A stretch of 64,000 nucleotides of DNA from Barthelona sp. PCE (lineage: Eukaryota): positions 930,001 through 994,000 of the forward strand of contig JAUFOR010000004.1 in assembly GCA_040285745.1 (NCBI GenBank), read 5' to 3'. A program made the position numbers and the translations under genes. Under the pieces are notes generated by a model. It saw nothing but the letters and a program-made list of their open reading frames with translations, was not told the DNA's origin and searched no databases. Below, one piece after another: positions 47,039-55,493 of the stretch; within the stretch, counting starts at the first letter, position 1, and each line of letters begins with the position of its first letter.

Positions 47039-47773
47039 ATGAATATTTCACTTGTGGCACCATTCATAATACTGCTAGCTGTTTCAACTGCATCAGCACT
47101 ACCGTTTATGATGACAAAAAGTACGGTTACAGTTGAAACAGAATCTCCCGGTCTTGATACATCACCAGACATCATTGATTTGAATTCCACTGTTGGGCAA
47201 ACCTTCTTCAAGCAATTAAAATCACATTATCATTACAACCACATCCATAAATTCTACAGGCCGCAGCTCAAAAACCACTGTGGTATTGCCACTGCAGTTA
47301 TTGGTATGAATACTCTGTTGAATGCGGATGTATGGACCCAAAAGTCTATTTTCACACAAGATGTTACTCGATTTCTAAATGAAAGTACAGTTTACAAACA
47401 AGGAATGACTTTAGACAATTTATTCAAGGTAATAGCTGCCGTTTCAGACATCCCACAGATGGAAAGAATGGTTTTTCAACCAAAGAAGATGATGGACGTT
47501 TTTCAAAGGGATGTGAAACGGTTTTATTCAAATTCATTTATGAGCGGTTTAATGGCTATCAATCTCAATAGAAAGACTCTCTGGGGAGCCGGTGGTGGCC
47601 ATTTCTTGCTCGTTGCTAGTGAAATTAACGAACATGGTTATATTCTTTTGCATGAAGTTTCTGCCACACGCCCCAGTTTCTTCGTTAAGGTTGAGTCTCT
47701 TGTTTATTCAATGAGCACCCCCGATTCTGTCAGTCTACTTCCAAGAGGTTGGATCTCTTTACTTAACGCTTAG
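47039..47773 (+). CDS. Phytochelatin-synthase-family (papain fold) protein, short secreted type
   Basis: Signal peptide; PQLKNHCGIATAVIGMNTL, GMTLD, GGGHF, PRGW. Confidence 0.85.
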   Translation: MNISLVAPFIILLAVSTASALPFMMTKSTVTVETESPGLDTSPDIIDLNSTVGQTFFKQLKSHYHYNHIHKFYRPQLKNHCGIATAVIGMNTLLNADVWTQKSIFTQDVTRFLNESTVYKQGMTLDNLFKVIAAVSDIPQMERMVFQPKKMMDVFQRDVKRFYSNSFMSGLMAINLNRKTLWGAGGGHFLLVASEINEHGYILLHEVSATRPSFFVKVESLVYSMSTPDSVSLLPRGWISLLNA

Positions 47774-48311
47774 GTTTTTCATTTTGTATTAGTTGGTTTT
47801 CTATTTAGGTTATGTTTGCTTTGGTAATGAAGGTTAGTATTTAAAATTCTTCACGCTACACGAAAGCAATTGTTTTTTATTAGTATTTATGATTCCATAA
47901 TGCCAAAATAAATATATTTTTTTTCACTCAAAATTCGTTTGTTCATCGAAATAATTGAATCTGAGGTTCTGTGTCTTGTCGGTGCAAACAAACCCGGCAT
48001 CATTGTATTTTGCTGTAAGGAAATGAGGTTCTATCTCACAGGTATTCACTTTTCTTTTCATTGCTTTAGTTATCAGCCAAACAAGTATGAAACGCAATAC
48101 ATGTTGTAATGGTATGCGAGATTATCCTCAATTAGGAAAATATTTTCTCTCAATTGCTAATAAAGTGCTCTTAACCAGCGCAAAAAGGAACCACCGTTCA
48201 TCCATGCCTCTGAAACAACACAACGTTCCTCAAAGCAAGCTCAAAAAGAGTATGGAATGTGCAGAATTTGTTCTTTTCTAGAAATCCATTTTTTCACCCT
48301 TTTCTATTTAA

Positions 48312-49439
48312 ATGAAATACGCAGAATCGATCACAATTGGCAACAGAACGTCATCCAATAAGCTGTTTAAAAGTGCTACTTATGAAGGTGCTCCATACCT
48401 TGTTGAGGATGATTTAAATCAATATGTCAACTACTATAAATCAGTCACTGACTGTGGTATCGTTACTGTTGGATTTTCCACAGTAGACTCAGAAGAACGT
48501 TATTACGGTCTTCCCCAAGTATCTTGGACAGGCGATGGTTCTGATCATTGGAAAACACGCATCCCTGTGGCTTTAAATCAGATTAGAGAAGCAAATCCAT
48601 CCACTTTGTATCTTCAACAACTCGCTCATCCTGGTTATTTTTCTGGCAATGACAAAATGGTTCCCTCCATGATTGAGGGTGTCACTGAAGATGCCACTGT
48701 CCTTACTGATGAACAAATTGATGTTATCCTTGACAAATTTGTGGAAGCAGCTGTTGCAATTGAGAAAGCCACATTTGACGGAGTTGTTTTACACACCGCA
48801 CATCACTTTTTACTATCCATGCTTGTTAGCCCCTTCTTCAACGTTAGAGAAGGCAAATATTCTGTTGTTCAAATGCCTGGTGTAATGGCTGATCTAGTTG
48901 GTCGTATTAAGGAAGCAACTGGTGATGACTTTATTGTAATGGCAAAGATCAACACTGAGGACTATATTAAGCCCGAACTTGGCCTGGGTCTTACTGCTGG
49001 AGGGTCCACATTCATTGTGGAGCAGATGGCTTTGGCTGGATGTGATGGTTTTGTAGCATCTGGTGCTGGAAACTTGGCATGTACAATGGGTGCTGCAAAG
49101 ACAGGCAAACCTCTTCCTGAAAAACAAGCTGTATTCAAGGCCGTAACACGCATGTGGAAAACAGCCCTCACACGTCTCGAGTCAAAGGCTGTTGTTATAG
49201 GTATTAATCTCATTAGAACTGGAACTGTCATGGATGAATTGATCGAGAATGAGTATTGTGACATGATTGGTTTTGGTAGAGCAATAATGCGTGAGCGCGA
49301 TCTGTGCACCAAACTTTTAAATGATATTGATTATACTGGTACCTGTAAGAACTGTAATTTCTGCTTCCAGAAGCTCGGTGAGATTGGTATTTGTGATATA
49401 GAGGGACAATGTGCTCTCAAACACTTCCGTGGTGTATAA
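48312..49439 (+). CDS. NADH:flavin oxidoreductase (Old Yellow Enzyme-like TIM barrel) with C-terminal Cys cluster
   Basis: NKLFKSATYE, QLAHPG, FDGVVLHTAHHFLLS..SPFFNVR, DMIGFGR, CKNCNFC. Confidence 0.88.
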   Translation: MKYAESITIGNRTSSNKLFKSATYEGAPYLVEDDLNQYVNYYKSVTDCGIVTVGFSTVDSEERYYGLPQVSWTGDGSDHWKTRIPVALNQIREANPSTLYLQQLAHPGYFSGNDKMVPSMIEGVTEDATVLTDEQIDVILDKFVEAAVAIEKATFDGVVLHTAHHFLLSMLVSPFFNVREGKYSVVQMPGVMADLVGRIKEATGDDFIVMAKINTEDYIKPELGLGLTAGGSTFIVEQMALAGCDGFVASGAGNLACTMGAAKTGKPLPEKQAVFKAVTRMWKTALTRLESKAVVIGINLIRTGTVMDELIENEYCDMIGFGRAIMRERDLCTKLLNDIDYTGTCKNCNFCFQKLGEIGICDIEGQCALKHFRGV

Positions 49440-49483
49440 TTTAACACTTGTATGGCAATATGTAAATTATTTTTTTAAATTTA

Positions 49484-52060
49484 TTATAAATTCTGAGAAT
49501 GAATTATATTCATTTCAGTTGAATTAAGTGAAGGTTCAACAAAAAGAGCGTTTCTTTTAGTCTTTTTCTTTTCTTTTTTGCAACAACATTTACGACAACA
49601 ACAGCAACAAAAAACCAATACAACTGCAGCTGCAATGGTAGGGATAATTAAATCAATTTCTTCTTCATAGAAACCTGATTCAAAATAGCAAATTTTTCCT
49701 TCTTCATGCCCACAAACATCAACCATTTCAATTTCAAAGAATGTTGCTTCAATGCCACCATTTATGTAATCGGAGTAATGCAATCCGTAGAATACATTTC
49801 CTTTCATTGTTGAAAAGACAACAGGACCTTCTTTAAAAGGTAAATCTTCTGTATTCATGTAAAACGTTTTGTATTCATTGGTAAAATAATGATATACAAC
49901 AACAGGATATCCATGAACTAGATTATATCCAAACCAAAGGAAACGATAGTCTCCAATGGGATGAAAATAACCACCACCATTAAATCCCTTTTTAAAATCA
50001 TTCACTTCTTTGTAAGTTACTGAACCATTTTCTACATTATAGGTAACTTCTTCATCATAATCAATTTGTATGATATTTTCGCTGTCAAACATTCCAGTTT
50101 GCGCATATCTTGATAATCTTCTTTCAACCACTATATGTGAAATAGACAGTGAATCAACAGAACTCTTCATCAAATAATCTTCATTGTAATCGTCCATATC
50201 CTTGCTTCTACCGGATATGAACATTGTATTACCATTGGTAAAGAATATTGGATCACCAAGGGCTGTTGAAGGTGGACTAATTTCTGGCAATAGTTGAGTT
50301 AATGCCACAGATTTTGTATTGAAGTCAATATCAATAACTCTATAATCCCATGAATCAAATCCGCAATAAATTCTGACCATACTAACATCGTCTGTCAAAC
50401 TCGAGCAACCATTTTCAATCTCACTAAAGTAATCCAAAGCATCTTTTGTGAATGTGAGATCTGAGACACCAAGTATTGAATTCTTAGATGAATCATATTT
50501 TGCAATATGAGGTTGAACTGAAGAAATGAGATATATGTCATTGTTAAATTTAAACATATAATCTGCTTTAACCTTTAGTTTTGTTTTTAATTTCAAAGCA
50601 CCAGCTTTACCGATTGCGTTTTTTGGTAATTTTGCAGAACCCACTGAAGCCCACACAGTAATATCTGCTGCAGTAGCATCTTCAATAATACCCCTCATAT
50701 ATTCCCTTGCACCAACACCAGTTAATGAATAAGTGATACTTGTGCAATTGACATTTGAAATGCTACAAGTGTACTTGATTAAACCTCGATCTTCCTCACC
50801 ACACAAAACGAGTATGTTGTCTTTATCTATTAATTTGGCAGACCCACCAAAACAGCTGAAAGTATAGTTTAGTTTTTGATGTTGTTCAGTGGAAATATCG
50901 AATAAATCTATTACTAAATGAACATTTTCATCATTAAAATTATCAAAACTTCGTATTATCGAAAATAATGAACCATAGTTTGAGACTATACAATCATTAT
51001 CACATGGAATTGAAGAGCTGACAACAGTGCTAACAGAACCATCCGTCATATCGACCTTTGTGATCGTAGAGTTACTCACATCCGAAATATTTCCTCCTCC
51101 AATATAAACAATATCGGGCTTACTAGAATGATACAACCCATATCCACCTGCAGGAAGCACTGTCTTGTTAAATTCATGAATTTCAGTCCAACTCAGATTA
51201 TTGGGCGAAAATTTAAACATCTTATACTCGTTTAATCCAACAATCGTCATTAGGCTTTTGTCATCAGCGTAAACAGTAGTTAAACAGTTACTTTTCAACC
51301 ATTGTGATGTCTTATTGAATGCTGTGCATCTATTAATAAATATAGGATCTCCATTATGGTGAATTACTCCTTGTGGATATTTATCCAAATTCATCAACTC
51401 ACCAACAATTGGACGACGGTCAGCAGTTACTTTAACACAAACATTGTCAACCATTTTGTATCCACCAACACAAGTACATTGATTATCAACAACAATAGCC
51501 TTAGAGGGGCATGAACTTACAGCTGTTTCATTGCAGTGCGTACCAGTTAAACCAGAATTACAAGTGTATGAAAAAGGAGCTGTACATACTGCATTAGACG
51601 GCATTCCAGGACAGTCGAATTCATTGCAATCAGGTCCTGAACGTCCAGGTTGGCACGATGTGCAAGATGTATTTGCCATTTTAAGGGGATTTTTGCATAA
51701 AGTCTGATTGGGACCAACACAATCAATAATGCTTGTATCGTATGTACCGCAATCGAACAAGCTACATGAACTTCCTCCATACCCTGCTGCACACACACAT
51801 GTGTGAGATGTTACATTACAAACTTGGTTTAAGTTACACGTTCCATTACATGGAATAATGCATGCGCTCTTATTTGAATTACTTATCTCAAAGGACTTAC
51901 AAGAGGAACAGTAGAGCATGGTTGAACTTGAATAACGTTGTTCCGCACACTCAGTGCACGTTCCATCATAACCACTAAAACCAGCAGGGCAAGGGACTCG
52001 TTCTCCTGCAACAAAGACAGTAACCAGGGTCAAAAATACGAAGAGTTTAGCACTCAGCAT
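49484..52060 (-). CDS. Type I membrane protein: EGF-like Cys-rich N-terminus, beta-rich (propeller-like) body, TM, Cys-string tail
   Basis: Signal peptide; CVCAAGYGGSSC-type EGF motifs; TM followed by CCCCCRKCCC; paralog of 52502-55102. Confidence 0.85.
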   Translation of the reverse strand: MLSAKLFVFLTLVTVFVAGERVPCPAGFSGYDGTCTECAEQRYSSSTMLYCSSCKSFEISNSNKSACIIPCNGTCNLNQVCNVTSHTCVCAAGYGGSSCSLFDCGTYDTSIIDCVGPNQTLCKNPLKMANTSCTSCQPGRSGPDCNEFDCPGMPSNAVCTAPFSYTCNSGLTGTHCNETAVSSCPSKAIVVDNQCTCVGGYKMVDNVCVKVTADRRPIVGELMNLDKYPQGVIHHNGDPIFINRCTAFNKTSQWLKSNCLTTVYADDKSLMTIVGLNEYKMFKFSPNNLSWTEIHEFNKTVLPAGGYGLYHSSKPDIVYIGGGNISDVSNSTITKVDMTDGSVSTVVSSSIPCDNDCIVSNYGSLFSIIRSFDNFNDENVHLVIDLFDISTEQHQKLNYTFSCFGGSAKLIDKDNILVLCGEEDRGLIKYTCSISNVNCTSITYSLTGVGAREYMRGIIEDATAADITVWASVGSAKLPKNAIGKAGALKLKTKLKVKADYMFKFNNDIYLISSVQPHIAKYDSSKNSILGVSDLTFTKDALDYFSEIENGCSSLTDDVSMVRIYCGFDSWDYRVIDIDFNTKSVALTQLLPEISPPSTALGDPIFFTNGNTMFISGRSKDMDDYNEDYLMKSSVDSLSISHIVVERRLSRYAQTGMFDSENIIQIDYDEEVTYNVENGSVTYKEVNDFKKGFNGGGYFHPIGDYRFLWFGYNLVHGYPVVVYHYFTNEYKTFYMNTEDLPFKEGPVVFSTMKGNVFYGLHYSDYINGGIEATFFEIEMVDVCGHEEGKICYFESGFYEEEIDLIIPTIAAAVVLVFCCCCCRKCCCKKEKKKTKRNALFVEPSLNSTEMNIIHSQNL

Positions 52061-52501
52061 CTTACTGAAGCTATAATGAAAAGAGAAATAAGTTAAAAAT
52101 GAAAATAATATAAATGTATTGAGTATTGAGTGTCTGCGATTGTAGTTAATCTATACGAAGGTTGGTTGTCGTAAGAAAGCTATTTAGTTAAAGTTAAATG
52201 AACAACTGGTAGTAAAAGGGGAAAAATAGTAAAAAATAGGAGAATTGGTTTCGGAAAATGCTCATATTTACATATTTGAAACTTTATAGAATTTTTTAAA
52301 AGAAGAAACAATCATTATAGTATTATTAAATATTAAAGAAATTTTTATTCCAGTGTACATGAATTTTGCAAGTATATGCGGTCATATTGGGCTTGATATA
52401 AGTAATATCAATATTTTAAAGCAGATAGTGTCAAAATTGAACACAAATCGAAAAATTGTTTACAATTGACTGATGGCATCAAGTTAAGGGAAAGCCTCTG
52501 A

Positions 52502-55102
52502 CTAAACTTGGTTAGTTTTCTCTTCTTCATTGACAGGAGAACTAACAACAGTCATTTGTTCAACATTCATCTCGGGTTCCAGAATAACATGCTTGTTATT
52601 ATCACCCACAGCACTGTTAAGCCACATTGTAGCAATGATGATAAGGATTAAGAGAACACCAACAATGATCAAGGTTGTCATATTTTGTTTAGGCTCAGGC
52701 TCCGTTTCAGATTCAATATATAAACCAGTAGATACGTTACAAACTTTACCATCAACTTGACCACAAACATCTAATACTTCAATGGCAAAAAAGTACATTT
52801 CACCTTCACTGTTGGAATTGAACTCCATTCCCAATCCATACATAGTATTATTCAAAAAAACTGATTTAAAAACAATACCATAATTAAATACATCGTCTGC
52901 ACTATTCATAACAAAAGAACTAGTTGTATCATTTTCTACATCATATACAACAAATTGCAACCCTTTAAAAAAATTCAAACCGTACCAAATGAACCTATCA
53001 CCATTTTCATCCATAGGTTGGAATGCTCCCATAAAGATTTGTCCTAGATCAACATCAGGAATTCTCCTTAAACCTGTAGAACCATCAAGATGAAAAGCAA
53101 GTTCATATCCATGAACATAACTGTAAATTGTCTCATTGTTATACATCAAAAATGAATGGCCGACCATTGAAAATGTCATGTTAGTTGGTGTTGATGTAAC
53201 TATATCAGAAGTTATATTACTGCTCATTAAATATTTTTGATCATCATCCAACATATTAATGGCCGAACCAGTTATGTAAGTTGTTTCACCATTGGAAAAG
53301 AAGGCTGCGTCCTCAAGTGATCTTAAAGGACGAAGGTCTGGTAACAGTTGGTTTAGTTTAACACTCTTACTACTAAAGCTAATGTCAACCACGTTATAAT
53401 CCCAATAATCATCATGTGCACAGTACACTCTTACTTTACGATTGTAAGATATACTAGCACAACCAGCGTCAACTGCAGAAGTATAATTAACAACGCTGTC
53501 AGAGAACGTAAAATCATATAAACCTTTGACTATTCCTTTAACAGCATCAAATTTGTGAATATAAGGGTACTCTTGTTTTAAAAAGTAAAGTTCATCATCA
53601 TATTCAAACATATGATAAGCACTAATCTTCATCTTAAGTTTTGTTCTAAAAGAATCAGTCTTATAAGAATTTTCTTCCGGTAAGATCATCAGACCATATT
53701 CTCCCCAAACTTTGATTTCATCACCAATATCAAGAAGTCCATCAAGCCAATTTTCAACTGCTGAACTAGTTGCTAGATAAGAATTTTGAATTTGACAAGA
53801 ACGCTGCGAAATACTGCACTTATGAAGTATGAATTCAGTAGTATTACTGCAAAGTACGTAAATATCATTTTCACTAACTAAATCAACACTTCCACCAGAA
53901 CAATTTAAGTTGAAATCTATTCTCTCCAATTGTTCTGTTGAGACATCGAATAAATCAATTAAAAATGGATTTTCTTCTTCAGAAAGTTCAGTAATTGCAA
54001 ACAGAGTACCATATTGTGATACATAACAATCATCACCAGCACATTCAAGAGCAGTAGTGTTGATAATTGTGTTACTACCATCAGTAATATCTAACTTCAT
54101 AATAGAGGTATTCTTAGGTCCAGAATAACCTCCACCAATAAAAATATAATCTGGCTTACTTGAATGGTGTAAACCATAACCACTGTGAGGTAATATAGTT
54201 TTGGGGAATTCAGTGATTTCTGTCCAGTTTGAGATAGAAGTATTAAACAAGTTAAGCTTGTATTCATTCAAACCAGAGATAGTCATTAAACCTTCTTCAG
54301 AGTAAACTGCAGTAAGACAATTATCCTGCCTCCAATCTGTATTTTGATTAAAGACGGCACAACGTTCCATGAAATAATGTTTATCATTATGTTCAATTAC
54401 TGCTCTAGGAATGCTTCGTAACTCAAAGGATTCGCTATATTTAGGACGTAAATCGGAAGCAGCTTTTATACATGTACCATCTACTAACTTATAACCGGAT
54501 ATGCACGTACATACGTTATCCATAACAAAAGCATTTTCTTGACATGAGGTTACCAGCGTTTCATTACAATAAACTCCTGTTAAACCAGAGTCACATTCGT
54601 AAAAATTTGGAGCAACACAAGTGGCATTAGTAGGCATATCTGTACACACAAATTCATCACAGTTAGTACCGTTTCTACCAGACTTACACGTGTCACATGC
54701 TGTTCCGTTCTTGGTTTCATCCTTACAGATCAACTGACCCGGTGCAAGACAATTAAAAATTGTGCTGTCATAACTTCCACAAGTATATGCTCCAGTACAA
54801 CTAGCACCAGTGAATCCTTCTAAACACTCACATGTGTTTGTTGTGCTGTTGCAGTATTGTTTTGTATTACACTCACCATCACAAGGTACAAAACATTCTG
54901 ATCGATTGGCATTAGGTTTCTGATAAGACAAACAATACTGGCATAGAAGCATGGTTGCATTGGAATAACGATTTCCAGTACAAATGATACAATCTGATCC
55001 GTATAATCCATAACCTGGTGGACAGGAGGTAGGGACTGTCACCACTGCGATTACAGAAGCAATGATACAAGCGTACACGAAGAAAAACTGTGTTTTAACC
55101 AT
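52502..55102 (-). CDS. Type I membrane protein, tandem paralog of 49484-52060
   Basis: Colinear shared motifs (GYGL.HSSKPD...IGGG, IDLFD.STEQ, WDY.V.DI.F..KSV.L.QLLP, DVCG...GK.C); C-terminal TM. Confidence 0.85.
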   Translation of the reverse strand: MVKTQFFFVYACIIASVIAVVTVPTSCPPGYGLYGSDCIICTGNRYSNATMLLCQYCLSYQKPNANRSECFVPCDGECNTKQYCNSTTNTCECLEGFTGASCTGAYTCGSYDSTIFNCLAPGQLICKDETKNGTACDTCKSGRNGTNCDEFVCTDMPTNATCVAPNFYECDSGLTGVYCNETLVTSCQENAFVMDNVCTCISGYKLVDGTCIKAASDLRPKYSESFELRSIPRAVIEHNDKHYFMERCAVFNQNTDWRQDNCLTAVYSEEGLMTISGLNEYKLNLFNTSISNWTEITEFPKTILPHSGYGLHHSSKPDYIFIGGGYSGPKNTSIMKLDITDGSNTIINTTALECAGDDCYVSQYGTLFAITELSEEENPFLIDLFDVSTEQLERIDFNLNCSGGSVDLVSENDIYVLCSNTTEFILHKCSISQRSCQIQNSYLATSSAVENWLDGLLDIGDEIKVWGEYGLMILPEENSYKTDSFRTKLKMKISAYHMFEYDDELYFLKQEYPYIHKFDAVKGIVKGLYDFTFSDSVVNYTSAVDAGCASISYNRKVRVYCAHDDYWDYNVVDISFSSKSVKLNQLLPDLRPLRSLEDAAFFSNGETTYITGSAINMLDDDQKYLMSSNITSDIVTSTPTNMTFSMVGHSFLMYNNETIYSYVHGYELAFHLDGSTGLRRIPDVDLGQIFMGAFQPMDENGDRFIWYGLNFFKGLQFVVYDVENDTTSSFVMNSADDVFNYGIVFKSVFLNNTMYGLGMEFNSNSEGEMYFFAIEVLDVCGQVDGKVCNVSTGLYIESETEPEPKQNMTTLIIVGVLLILIIIATMWLNSAVGDNNKHVILEPEMNVEQMTVVSSPVNEEEKTNQV

Positions 55103-55493
55103 TGAAAGAAGTGAATAAGTGTAAATGTTACTGACTTCTTCTCACAAAGCTAGGATCTTGTGTATAAGTTTTATTTACTTCAACAACTCCCTTGAGAATT
55201 AGAATTTCAGTTTAAAGCAGAAAGAAAGATTTTTCAAAATTTGTTTGATGTTGAGAAAAATTTGAGCTTTCTTAAGGATTTTTTGCTACTGTGGCACTGC
55301 ATCTAAAAGGGTTTTGATTGCCTTTTTTCATTTTGCTCGATTTTCGAATTTTTTTGCTTTACTCAGCATTATATGGGGTTTATTTAGAATGTAGAGTTGC
55401 CTCTAGCAATAAATAGTGAGAACTACAATGGAGAACTGTTTTTACTTTTTTATTCCTTTTTGTAATTGTTTATTCATTGTTTTATACTAAAGT

